This document shows positions 1-9,183 of a stretch of DNA of 64,000 nucleotides, piece by piece. The number at the start of each line of letters is the position of its first letter. Within the stretch, counting starts at the first letter, position 1. Under the pieces are notes generated by a model, which searched no databases, was not told the origin of the DNA, and worked only from the letters and a program-made list of their open reading frames with translations. A program made the translations under genes and the position numbers. Origin of the DNA: Candidatus Hadarchaeum sp. (GTDB lineage Archaea; Hadarchaeota; Hadarchaeia; Hadarchaeales; Hadarchaeaceae); assembly GCF_049969415.1 (NCBI RefSeq), contig NZ_JBMFOX010000002.1, positions 41,467 through 105,466 on the forward strand. Reading direction: 5' to 3'.

Positions 1-326
1 AGAGGGAGATGGAGCTTACTAGGCGCATGCTTAAGATAGCGGAAAACAGCAGAGTTGAAGTCTACGGTCCCAGAGGCTTGGAGCGGCGCGGAGGGGTGGT
101 TAGCTTCAACATCAGCGGGCTCAGCCCTCACGAGGTGGCCTCCATGCTCGATGAACTGGCCAAGATCGCCGTTCGTTCCGGGCACCACTGCGCCCAGCCC
201 ACCTTCAGGCATCTGAGGATCAACGGCACCGCCCGCGCCTCGGTTCACTATTTCAATCTGGAGAGCGAGGTAGAAAAGTTCGTGGAGCTGGTAGGAGAGA
301 TAGCTAAGGAGTTAGGGACTTTATAG
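1..326 (+). CDS. sufS: Cysteine desulfurase, SufS-type (C-terminal part; gene starts before the window)
   Basis: RSGHHCAQP catalytic-Cys motif of group II desulfurases, followed by GTARAS. Confidence 0.85.
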   Translation, partial: REMELTRRMLKIAENSRVEVYGPRGLERRGGVVSFNISGLSPHEVASMLDELAKIAVRSGHHCAQPTFRHLRINGTARASVHYFNLESEVEKFVELVGEIAKELGTL

Positions 327-1349
327 CGACCATTTCTCCGAGAGGGCCATTTTTACCTCATCGATTACTTTCAAATGATTTCTTACTTCCGGAGTAGCGA
401 ATTTTTCACCCTGCATTGCTCGAACTACATAGACAGCACCGCTGGCGAGGGCTTCTAGATCATATCCACCTTCGAGGAGAAAAACCACCCTTCCCTTACA
501 CCACTTCTCCGCTTGGTCAATCACGGTGCTGGACAGCCAACCGTAGGCTTGGGTGGATAGATGCAGTCCAGTCAGAGGATCGTCGAAGTGGGCGTCAAAT
601 CCCGCTGAAACGGCGAAGAACTCCGGCTTAAATTTTTCACAGAGCGGGATGAAGATTTCCCTCATTGCCCCCCAGTATTCCGCATCACCGCTGCCTGGCG
701 GCATCGGTACGTTGACCTTTAGCCCACGGCCTTTGCCCTCACCAATCTCGTCGGGAAATCCGGTACCGGGGTAGAGCGTCAGCGGGTGCTGGTGCAGTGA
801 CATGTAGAGCACGCTCGGGTCATCATAAAATATCTCCTGCGTCCCGTTCCCGTGATGGGCGTCGAAGTCGAGCACAAAAAACCGTTTCAGTTTGAAGTCT
901 CGCTTCAGGCGTTCAATCATTATCGCGACGTTGTTGAAGTAACAGAAACCTCCGCCGCGGCTTCGGCCAGCGTGGTGGCCCGGTGGCCTCACTAGGGCAA
1001 AGGCATTTTTGACCCGGCCTGACATCACGATGGTGCCGGCATCAATCGCCCCACCGGCGGCGAGCAGCGCCAGCTCAAAGGTATTTTTTTTCGTAGGGGT
1101 GTCGCCGTCGATCGGCCTTTCCATTGCACTCATTTTTTCCACGAGTGAGACGTATTCGGGGTCGTGGACCAGTTTGATGTCTTCGGGCTTGGCGGGGCGA
1201 GGCTCGATTACCCCGATTTCCGGCGTCTGCCAGAGATTGAACCTCTTCAGCCCGTTGACGATTGCCTTCAGACGTTCTGGCCTTTCCGGGTGACCTAGGC
1301 CCGGGTTATGTTCCAGATATTTTTCCGAGTAAACAAGCGCGGTTCTCAT
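321..1349 (-). CDS. Histone deacetylase/AcuC/AphA family deacetylase
   Basis: HPERPERL, RPPGHHA, GFCYFNN, DFDAHHGNGT, SAGFDAH, LEGGY motifs. Confidence 0.93.
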   Translation of the reverse strand: MRTALVYSEKYLEHNPGLGHPERPERLKAIVNGLKRFNLWQTPEIGVIEPRPAKPEDIKLVHDPEYVSLVEKMSAMERPIDGDTPTKKNTFELALLAAGGAIDAGTIVMSGRVKNAFALVRPPGHHAGRSRGGGFCYFNNVAIMIERLKRDFKLKRFFVLDFDAHHGNGTQEIFYDDPSVLYMSLHQHPLTLYPGTGFPDEIGEGKGRGLKVNVPMPPGSGDAEYWGAMREIFIPLCEKFKPEFFAVSAGFDAHFDDPLTGLHLSTQAYGWLSSTVIDQAEKWCKGRVVFLLEGGYDLEALASGAVYVVRAMQGEKFATPEVRNHLKVIDEVKMALSEKWSL

Positions 1350-1352
1350 GGT

Positions 1353-2030
1353 TCACTTCTCCACAAATTTAGCTTCCTTGATAAGTAAATACCCATTGGT
1401 CCCCGTCCAGATCTTTTCCACATTTACGGCTTCAATTCTTTTTTTAAAAAGAGGCGCGTCTAGAACGAAGCTCTCATATTCCCCGCCCTCGCCGCTAGGA
1501 TTTATCCCATACTTTTTACTCAACTTCTCCAGGTCCTCGATGGTCCCCTCGTCGATTCTCCTACCCAGCCAGCTCTGGTCAAATCCTTGGGCGGAGACGC
1601 TGGTGATAATGATTTCAAATCCTGTTTTAGTCATCTTATAAAGGATTTCAATAGGGTTGGATCCCCAGAGAGGAGAAAGGGAAACTAGGCCCAGCTCTCT
1701 GGCGATTAGGTCAATCCTGTTTTTCTGGTACGAGCTGGAGATGCTTCCGCTGACGATTCCCTCTATCTCTTTCCTCACCCCTTCGATGGCCTCTTTAAGG
1801 TCCCTGAGTTCGCTCTCTTTTTCACCGGGCGTCTGCCGGATAATCTGTTTGATCCCCATGGCCTCAGCTTGTAGCTTGGTGGCTTCGATGTTTACTGAGT
1901 GAAACATCCAAGAGTAGGGGTTCTTGGGGAACATCGTGATGAGGTATTTCACTTCCAGCCCCCTTTTGAGGGAGAGATAGGTGGCGTAAGTTGAGTCCTT
2001 TCCCCCGGTGAAGAGAACGGCGGCTTTCAT
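1353..2030 (-). CDS. dph6: Diphthine-ammonia ligase (PP-loop ATPase)
   Basis: FTGGKDS PP-loop, SWMFH, GEGGEYESFVLDAP. Confidence 0.85.
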   Translation of the reverse strand: MKAAVLFTGGKDSTYATYLSLKRGLEVKYLITMFPKNPYSWMFHSVNIEATKLQAEAMGIKQIIRQTPGEKESELRDLKEAIEGVRKEIEGIVSGSISSSYQKNRIDLIARELGLVSLSPLWGSNPIEILYKMTKTGFEIIITSVSAQGFDQSWLGRRIDEGTIEDLEKLSKKYGINPSGEGGEYESFVLDAPLFKKRIEAVNVEKIWTGTNGYLLIKEAKFVEK

Positions 2031-2103
2031 CTGAGCACGACCAATCAGGTGGATTTAATTTCAACTTTAAATAGATAGGTTCAGAATTAATTTCGGTGCC
2101 CGG

Positions 2104-2460
2104 GTGAAGAGACCGCTGGTAGCCCTTCTGGTTCTTGTGGCTGGAGTATTTTTGATGCTGGAAGGCTCAAAACTTTACACCGTTTCATTTTTGACCGATT
2201 TAATTCTGCTCATCGGCGGTGCCGTTCTCACCATATCCTACCTACCGCTAATGGGAGACTACCTTACAAAAAAATTCGGCGGAAACTCTGTCATAACTTA
2301 CCTCCCCGTTCTCGCAGTTTTAGGTGCTGGATTGATCTGGCAGTCGGGCTTTAGAATTCTGGCCTTGACGGACAGGATTATTTTTGTCGTTATTGGGGCA
2401 ATCTTACTGGCCGCTTCTTTGATTTATCTCCGTGGCATCATGAAATCTGGTTCGAAATGA
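2104..2460 (+). CDS. Small membrane protein, about 4 TM helices, unknown function
   Basis: Four hydrophobic segments; fills the gap after an AT-rich TATA-like region. Confidence 0.6.
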   Translation: MKRPLVALLVLVAGVFLMLEGSKLYTVSFLTDLILLIGGAVLTISYLPLMGDYLTKKFGGNSVITYLPVLAVLGAGLIWQSGFRILALTDRIIFVVIGAILLAASLIYLRGIMKSGSK

Positions 2461-2475
2461 TTCCACCGGCCAGAC

Positions 2476-4386
2476 TTAAATTACTCCCCGGTTAAAGTGT
2501 CCCGTTGTATAACCTTTCCTTATTTTGCAGTCGTCAAATGGTTCGAAGTTCAATATTTTTCGATAGATGCGTATGAACCTATCGACGTCCTTCTCTACGT
2601 CGATATAAAAATATTTTATGTCGGCTCGGACGTAGTCGCGAGCCTTGTTGAACAAACCCAGTTGTTTCCAGTTTAGTATTTCTGTTATGCCGTGGTTGTT
2701 TCTGACCCTGAAACGTCTGCCCTGCTCGTCGATGAGTTCCTTGGCCTTCAACTTCTGCCTACTGTTCATTAATACGATGTCACCGTGGATCATCACGATG
2801 AAACGCTTGTTCTTCAGCGAGACCATTTCTCGGAAATTTAGTTCTGGAGAGATGATGGGGATGCCCGGGTAGCAGCTGAGATCGACGTCGTTGAAACAGT
2901 TGAAGGAATAATCCAAGTGGATGTCGATCCCATTCAAAAATGGCAACAGCCCCCGATTACCGACCAGCACACCTTCGGGGCCTATTTGTTTTATTTCTTC
3001 AGCGATTTCAACCAGACGTTGATCCGAGATTATTCGCGGGGTGTAGACGAAGAATCTAGATTTCTTCACCAAGTTTTTAACTTCCCTGCAATCTTCCTTG
3101 AGGACATCGTAGTAAACCACGTCAGCACCAGCTTCTTCGGCGGCTATCGCCATTTCGCGATTGTAGACCTTAGCAAAGATTTTGACAGCCGAATTGTTTT
3201 CAACTGGTTTAAAGCTGGGCAGCGTGATTTTGTTCGTTTTCAAGGTTGCTTTTACAGGTTTTATTTCATCGCCCAGTTCAAGCCTAATGTCAACAGATGA
3301 GGTTTTGTATATCAGGGAGCCGTCATCCGCTCCCCTAGTGTCTATCTCAACCTCGTCACCGGCAAAAGCCTGTTCCACCTCAACGCCGTCTTTTAAAATT
3401 CTGCCTACCTTGTATCCCCGAATTTCCTCGTTGATCCAGATGGCCACCCCATCGCCGATTTTCAGGCCGGCCCTTAGTCTCAACTTGCCGCCCTTGATAC
3501 AGCCAAGAAACAGACCCCGGTTCTTCGGACTTTTTGAGTCCACGATGTTGTCGTTGAAGGCGAAGCCGGTGGTGAACCCCCTGTTGAAGACGACCATGAG
3601 GTCTTCGATGTCCTTTTTATCAACCTTGAAATTCCCCTGATAATAGGCGTCGATGTATTTGTGATAGATGCGAGCCACCGTGGCTACATAGAGCGGGCCC
3701 CTCAGCCGCCCCTCGACCTTCAGGGACTTAACGCCGGCCTCGATTATCTCGGGAAGCTTTGGCAATAGACAGAGGTCCATGGTACTCAGCGGATACTTGT
3801 TGTTGTATTTCTTCCGGCAGGGCTGGGCACACATTCCCCTGTTGCCGCTCCTGCCACCGGCGATTGAGGAGAAGAGACATTGCCCGCTGTAGCTAAAACA
3901 AAGTGCCCCGTGGACGAAGACTTCCGTGGGGAATTTTTGAGACATGGCCTTTACTTCCCCGTAGGATAGCTCCCTAGCGAGAATGACTCGGTCGATGCCC
4001 TTAGGTATCGAATAGCTGTTGACCGTTGTTGCCTGCGTGGAAAGATGGATCTCCAGACCGGGGAAGTTTTGCCTGATCAACGGGATGAGGCAATGGTCTT
4101 GGATAATGATGGCGTCAGCTCCAGCAGAATAGGCCACGTTAATCAGCTTGAAGTAGTCCTCAAGTTCATCATTTTTGACTAGGGTGTTGAATGCCACGTA
4201 AACCCTGACTTTTCTTTCGTGACAGTAATTCACGGCACTGAAGATGTTTTTCTCGTTGAAATTTTCGGCCAACATTCTGGCGTTGAATTTGCTCAGGCCG
4301 AGATAGACGGCGTCGGCTCCATTTTTTACCGCGGCCCTTAGGCACAGCTCATTGCCAGCAGGCAGAACCAGTTCCACTTTCGACAT
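2476..4386 (-). CDS. Peptidase U32 family Fe-S protein (RlhA/TrhP-like RNA hydroxylation)
   Basis: GADAVY, HLSTQ, EVFVHGALCFSYSGQC, GNRGMCAQPCR, SLKVEGR. Confidence 0.9.
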   Translation of the reverse strand: MSKVELVLPAGNELCLRAAVKNGADAVYLGLSKFNARMLAENFNEKNIFSAVNYCHERKVRVYVAFNTLVKNDELEDYFKLINVAYSAGADAIIIQDHCLIPLIRQNFPGLEIHLSTQATTVNSYSIPKGIDRVILARELSYGEVKAMSQKFPTEVFVHGALCFSYSGQCLFSSIAGGRSGNRGMCAQPCRKKYNNKYPLSTMDLCLLPKLPEIIEAGVKSLKVEGRLRGPLYVATVARIYHKYIDAYYQGNFKVDKKDIEDLMVVFNRGFTTGFAFNDNIVDSKSPKNRGLFLGCIKGGKLRLRAGLKIGDGVAIWINEEIRGYKVGRILKDGVEVEQAFAGDEVEIDTRGADDGSLIYKTSSVDIRLELGDEIKPVKATLKTNKITLPSFKPVENNSAVKIFAKVYNREMAIAAEEAGADVVYYDVLKEDCREVKNLVKKSRFFVYTPRIISDQRLVEIAEEIKQIGPEGVLVGNRGLLPFLNGIDIHLDYSFNCFNDVDLSCYPGIPIISPELNFREMVSLKNKRFIVMIHGDIVLMNSRQKLKAKELIDEQGRRFRVRNNHGITEILNWKQLGLFNKARDYVRADIKYFYIDVEKDVDRFIRIYRKILNFEPFDDCKIRKGYTTGHFNRGVI

Positions 4387-4484
4387 CCGAAAAGATAGTT
4401 GAACCTCTGTTTGTAAAAGGTTTGAACCAACTTAATATCGGCGCGCCGCCACTTATTTTGGAGGTCGAAATCAGGAGGGATCCG

Positions 4485-5342
4485 ATGAACATCTCAGCAG
4501 GGGTGCCTTTTGGGTTGGTGGCGATGCTTTCTTGGGGCATAGCCGATTTCTTTGCGGCCAGAGCGATTAGAAACGTAGGAGTGTTCAAAACGCTTGTCTG
4601 GGGGCAAACTATCGGCCTGCTGGTTTTGATTTTCACCTCTTTCTTGGTCGGAGTCTTCACCCCCACTATTGACATGATTGGGATTATTTTGCTTGCCGGA
4701 TTTCTTAACGTGGTCGCCTGTTTGTCTTTTTATCAGGGACTACAGGTCGGGAAGGTTTCCATAGTCAGTCCCGTTTCAGCTTCCTGGGTCGTAGTTACCG
4801 TCATTCTGAGCTTAATTTTCCTCGGAGAAACTCTTTCCTCATTGCAGGCCGCCGGCGTTGTTCTTACCATTTCTGGAATTTTTCTGATTTCTTTCAGATT
4901 GCGGGACCTCTTTGGTCTTAGGTTGAAAAACATCGCCGCCGGGGTGCAGTTTGCGGCAGTGTCGATGGTGGCCTGGGGAGTGCACTACATTTTCTTCGAT
5001 ATCCTTGTCGCTGGATGTGGCTGGTTCTTGCCTGTTTTAGCGGTCAAAGCTGTCACCGTGTCCTGCTTGTTGCTGTACGCAGGCTTTGCGAAGAGGGATG
5101 TCTCCTATCCGAGGAATGTAGCACCTCTGGTGATTATGGTTGGATTTTTAGAGGCCGCGGCTTTCTTGTCCTACGGAGCCGGAGTGTCCTTAGAGTTCAC
5201 GGCAATCGTGGCTCCAGTTGCGGCAACTTTTCCCTTGGTGACCATTGTGCTGGCTAGGATATTTTTCAAGGAGATGATGGAGGTTAACCAGAAAATTGGT
5301 ATCGGCGCGGTATTATTGGGCTTGGTTTTGCTATCAGTTTGA
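4485..5342 (+). CDS. EamA/DMT family transporter
   Basis: About 10 TM helices in two repeats; ATG at 4485 follows the SD-like AGGAGG. Confidence 0.85.
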   Translation: MNISAGVPFGLVAMLSWGIADFFAARAIRNVGVFKTLVWGQTIGLLVLIFTSFLVGVFTPTIDMIGIILLAGFLNVVACLSFYQGLQVGKVSIVSPVSASWVVVTVILSLIFLGETLSSLQAAGVVLTISGIFLISFRLRDLFGLRLKNIAAGVQFAAVSMVAWGVHYIFFDILVAGCGWFLPVLAVKAVTVSCLLLYAGFAKRDVSYPRNVAPLVIMVGFLEAAAFLSYGAGVSLEFTAIVAPVAATFPLVTIVLARIFFKEMMEVNQKIGIGAVLLGLVLLSV

Positions 5343-5345
5343 TTT

Positions 5346-6005
5346 TTAGCTTACCAAATTCAGTTTTTTCAATCCTGCCACGATTTGTTCAGTAATCAAC
5401 TCTGGAGGGGCATCCACGGAGTTGCAGGTGACGGTTATCACCGGTATCCTTTTCTTGTAATATTCCAGCAGAGGTTCGGTTTGTTTTTCATAAACCCGGA
5501 ATCTTTCCTCGATGACCGACTCTTTATCGTCGTCCCTCTGATAAAGAGGTCCGCCGCATTTATCGCAAATTTCATCAACCTTCGGCTTTAGTACAAGGAG
5601 GTTGTAGACCGCCCCGCAATTTTTACAGACCCTTCTCGCCGAAAGCCTTTTCACGATGATCTCCTTAGGTACCGACAAGTTGATGCAGGCGTCTATTTTC
5701 ACGATCTCATCTAGGGCCCTGGCCTGTTCCAGCGTTCGGGGAAAGCCGTCAAGGATGAAACCATTTTTACAGTCGGGCTGATTGATCCTTTCCCTTATCA
5801 CTTCAATCACGATTTTGTCCGGAACCAGCTGACCGCTGTCCAAATATTTTTTAATTTTTTTGCCCAGCTCCGTACTTTCTTTAATTTCATTCCTGAAGAT
5901 GTCTCCCGTGGAGATGGCCGGGATGTTAAATATTGATTTTAGCCTTGAGGTCTGGGTGCCTTTGCCCGATCCCGGTGCTCCCAGCATTATCAGTTTCACC
6001 CTCAT
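5346..6005 (-). CDS. adk: Adenylate kinase (bacterial-type, Zn-binding LID)
   Basis: GAPGSGKGT, ISTGDIFR, FILDGFPRT, CxxC...CxxC lid, QRDDD. Confidence 0.95.
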   Translation of the reverse strand: MRVKLIMLGAPGSGKGTQTSRLKSIFNIPAISTGDIFRNEIKESTELGKKIKKYLDSGQLVPDKIVIEVIRERINQPDCKNGFILDGFPRTLEQARALDEIVKIDACINLSVPKEIIVKRLSARRVCKNCGAVYNLLVLKPKVDEICDKCGGPLYQRDDDKESVIEERFRVYEKQTEPLLEYYKKRIPVITVTCNSVDAPPELITEQIVAGLKKLNLVS

Positions 6006-6063
6006 CGCCCCGTCAACGTTTTTGGTTCAAGAATCTATTTGAGCACCCCTATAATAAACTGTC

Positions 6064-6540
6064 GTGGGAAAGGCTCTTGGAGGTTCAAAACCGTGGTTTA
6101 TTGAAGGGGGTGAGCAGATCATTGAAGTAATAATTTTTATTCTGGGGCTGCTGCTGGGAATCGCCTTGGCTTTCATCTACTTAAGGGGACAGCTGGCGAT
6201 TCGGTTTGAGCGCTGGAAGTCAGAATTTGAGGAAAGGATCAGACAGGAGGTCCTCGAGAGAAGCCGCGCCGTGCTCAAGGGAAAGATAGCCGAACAGCTC
6301 GCCCCGCTGTTGCCCATGTTCAAGTATGAACCCGCCGACGCAAGATTTCTGGGTTCCCCTGTGGATTATGTGGTTTTCGAGGGTTACAAGGAGGGAGAAC
6401 CAAAAGGGGTGGTCTTCGTTGACATCAAGACGGGCAAGAGCGCCGATCTCACGCCGCTACAGCGGAAATTAAAGCAGGTGATTGAACAGGGAAGGGTGCA
6501 CTGGGAGACCATTCATCTGGGTGGCTTAGAAAGCGAATAA
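6064..6540 (+). CDS. Membrane-anchored PD-(D/E)xK endonuclease distantly related to Holliday junction resolvases; true start probably near 6118
   Basis: N-terminal TM, then SRAVLKGKIAEQLAP, RFLGSPVDYVVF, VDIKTG. Confidence 0.8.
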   Translation: MGKALGGSKPWFIEGGEQIIEVIIFILGLLLGIALAFIYLRGQLAIRFERWKSEFEERIRQEVLERSRAVLKGKIAEQLAPLLPMFKYEPADARFLGSPVDYVVFEGYKEGEPKGVVFVDIKTGKSADLTPLQRKLKQVIEQGRVHWETIHLGGLESE

Positions 6541-6554
6541 TTTTTTGGTGGTGC

Positions 6555-7781
6555 TTAGAGGCCGAGGATGTCCAAAGCGCTGCCTTTTACACCAGCAAAG
6601 AAGAGGATGCAGGGTACCATGAGCACTCCCATGGCGTGGGTCCTTTTGACCTTTGATACGGCGGGCAAAATCCCGATGGCCGTGGCGGTGGCGAGCACCA
6701 GAATTCCCATCACTCCGGAGCAGTGAATGGTGAGTGCGAGTATGAATACCATGACGGTGATACCGAGGCCACGATAGGGAAAACGGTCTATGTATCTTGC
6801 GGCAAGCTTCCCCAGCTGGAGCTGCAGGTTTGCTGCGATTCCTCCAGCAAGTAAAACCGCGCCGATGATTAGTAGCGGGGTGATGGTCCCTGTATCCATG
6901 ATCTTCTCGACGGCAACCGCGGCCCCGCTTCTGGCCCTCCCGATGGCGAAGATGGCAACGAAGGAGAAAACTGCCTTGGAGACGTTCACGCTGCTCACTG
7001 ATATTAGAAATTCTTCGTTGCCTTTGGAACGTACAGCCAGCTGGGCCAGCACGGTTCCCTGTGACGGACCGATGCTCGGCACGATTCCGGTCAAAATTCC
7101 TGCAGCGGCTCCCGCACACACGGGTTTTAATCCCGTTTTGATATTCACCGGTTCATCTTCAGTATGCTGTTCCGGAAGAGAGCTGCAGTTGAAGATGCTG
7201 GGCAACAGCACGCTAACTCCGAAAAGGCCGGAAAGCAGGGGCAGCAGAGAGGAGTCTGCAGGCATCAGTCCGGTGTCCAGTGAAAAAAGACCGAGTAATC
7301 CAGACATCAAAAAGATCGCCGCGGCCCAGACAATTTTCCTCAAGGAGCGCTCTAGAAAAATCATTATTCCGGCGACAGCGAGAAGCAACCAGTGCATCTG
7401 GGGCCTGATGGCGGCATAAATCGGTCCGATGACGGGCATGAGTGGCAAGGCCAGAGCCGCGGACAGCAACACTCCACCTAGGCACCCGGTTGTTGTGAGC
7501 CTTATTGCCTGATACCCCCTACCCTCAAGAAGAAGCCGGTGTGCGGGCAGCACGGACAACTCGTTGCCTTCTTCCGGGGCCGCCAAAAAGGTTGCCGGAA
7601 TGTAGCTGATGAAAGCGTTCGTGATCGACATGGCGACTATCAGAGCCGCCATCTCCGCCGAGGCACCGGTGGAAAGAGCGATTAGAATCGGAGCTAGGTT
7701 ATTGACGTGAAGGCCCGGAATCAGACCGGTCAGGGTCCCTAGAGCCACACCCGCCAAGACGTGGGCGAGCGTTTCCAGCAT
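6555..7781 (-). CDS. TctA-family (tripartite tricarboxylate transporter-like) permease, archaeal type
   Basis: GTLTGLIPGLHVN, PATFLAAP, LPAHRLLLEGRG; about 11 TM helices. Confidence 0.85.
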   Translation of the reverse strand: MLETLAHVLAGVALGTLTGLIPGLHVNNLAPILIALSTGASAEMAALIVAMSITNAFISYIPATFLAAPEEGNELSVLPAHRLLLEGRGYQAIRLTTTGCLGGVLLSAALALPLMPVIGPIYAAIRPQMHWLLLAVAGIMIFLERSLRKIVWAAAIFLMSGLLGLFSLDTGLMPADSSLLPLLSGLFGVSVLLPSIFNCSSLPEQHTEDEPVNIKTGLKPVCAGAAAGILTGIVPSIGPSQGTVLAQLAVRSKGNEEFLISVSSVNVSKAVFSFVAIFAIGRARSGAAVAVEKIMDTGTITPLLIIGAVLLAGGIAANLQLQLGKLAARYIDRFPYRGLGITVMVFILALTIHCSGVMGILVLATATAIGILPAVSKVKRTHAMGVLMVPCILFFAGVKGSALDILGL

Positions 7782-8447
7782 CTAGGCATCCTCGATCACA
7801 TGCAAATGCGAGGCGCTAGTTAACTTCAGCTCGACTTTTCCGTTGTAGAGCTGCACCCAGCCGTCCACTCGGACGGTATCACCGACGTGCACTTCGGGCA
7901 AGCCATCTTCGACAATCCAAGACGGAATGAAGACCTGTATCAGGTTACCGTCATCTTGTAGCGTCAGCACCAGATTTCCGCTCCCAACGATTTCACGCTT
8001 GGAGATTACACCTTGGACCTTGGCTGGAGAGCCGGCGTTTGCCTCGGTGATTTCGGACAACGCCACCGGCGCTGTATGCACGACTTTGATGTCTTCAGCT
8101 TCCTCTGGAATAACTTCAAACTCCCCTTGGTAGAGGGCGACCTCCCCCGTTATCTCCACGTTGTCCAGCAGCTCAATTAAGTCCTCAAGTTGGGCACGGG
8201 TTCGGGAGAAAATCGGCACGTTGACGAGGCTGCCGGACTTATCCTTCACCTTCAAAAAGAGGTGCCCCGCCTCATGTTCCCGATAGTCGATGACCTGTCC
8301 CGACACGGAGACCCTAAGACCGATGAAGCTCTCGTTCAGGCTAGCGATTGGCGTGATTCTAGGCCTGTTCGAGATCGCGGCCGCATATATGGCGGCCAAG
8401 CCCACCAAGGAACATATCAGGCTCAGCTTAGCCATGTTTCTTGCCAT
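7782..8447 (-). CDS. Membrane-anchored tandem OB-fold nucleic-acid-binding protein
   Basis: N-terminal hydrophobic anchor; two OB repeats (VSVSGQV..GHLFLKVKDKSG..YQGEFEV; KVQGVI..LTLQDD..YNGKVEL). Confidence 0.75.
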   Translation of the reverse strand: MARNMAKLSLICSLVGLAAIYAAAISNRPRITPIASLNESFIGLRVSVSGQVIDYREHEAGHLFLKVKDKSGSLVNVPIFSRTRAQLEDLIELLDNVEITGEVALYQGEFEVIPEEAEDIKVVHTAPVALSEITEANAGSPAKVQGVISKREIVGSGNLVLTLQDDGNLIQVFIPSWIVEDGLPEVHVGDTVRVDGWVQLYNGKVELKLTSASHLHVIEDA

Positions 8448-8554
8448 GTTTTACCCAGCGGTGCTTTGCGGGATGGTTTTTAATAAGTGAAAAAGCCGAG
8501 CAGCGGGGAGACGATAATTATTATAACCTGTGGGTTTAGTTAATTTTGATCTTC

Positions 8555-9166
8555 ATGTTTGGGTTCACCGGTACCGTAGTTGGTCTGAGATGCAAGGAAG
8601 GCATAGCGCTGGCATCGGACACCCGCGGTACTTCATATTACCTTGTGGTCAGCAAGAGGGTTCCTAAGTTGTTTAAGCTTGACGATTTCATCGGTGCCGC
8701 GATTGCGGGAAATTCTGGAGATATTCAGAGCTTTGTGAGCCTGCTCCGGGCCGAGGCCAACCTCTATCGGTTGAATCAAGGCCGCCACATCACGACAAAG
8801 GGCTTGGTGCAGGTGGCATCGAACCTCCTCTTCGGCAGGCGGGCTTTTCCCTACATTGTCGCCGGCATTATCTCCGGCATAGACCCAGAGGGACCCAACC
8901 TGTATTTCCTTGACCCGGTGGGCGGGAAGATTGAGGAGGAGAAGTTTGCCAGCGCTGGAACGGGGTCGACGATTGCCTACGGGGTCCTCGAGCAAATGTA
9001 CCGAGAGGACATGTCGTTGGAGGAATGTGCTAAGCTGGCGGCGCAGTCGATAAAAACGGCCATCGAGAGAGACGCAGCCACGGGTGAAAAAACAGTGGTG
9101 GCGATCATCGATAAAAATGGTTACCGGGAACTCTCTGACGAGGAGATCGCTAATTTACTCAGATAA
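8555..9166 (+). CDS. psmB: 20S proteasome beta subunit, probably non-catalytic
   Basis: GIALASDTR, K33, AGTGS, ERDAATG; position 1 is Gly, not Thr. Confidence 0.9.
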   Translation: MFGFTGTVVGLRCKEGIALASDTRGTSYYLVVSKRVPKLFKLDDFIGAAIAGNSGDIQSFVSLLRAEANLYRLNQGRHITTKGLVQVASNLLFGRRAFPYIVAGIISGIDPEGPNLYFLDPVGGKIEEEKFASAGTGSTIAYGVLEQMYREDMSLEECAKLAAQSIKTAIERDAATGEKTVVAIIDKNGYRELSDEEIANLLR

Positions 9167-9183
9167 TCAAGATTTTTAGGCAG

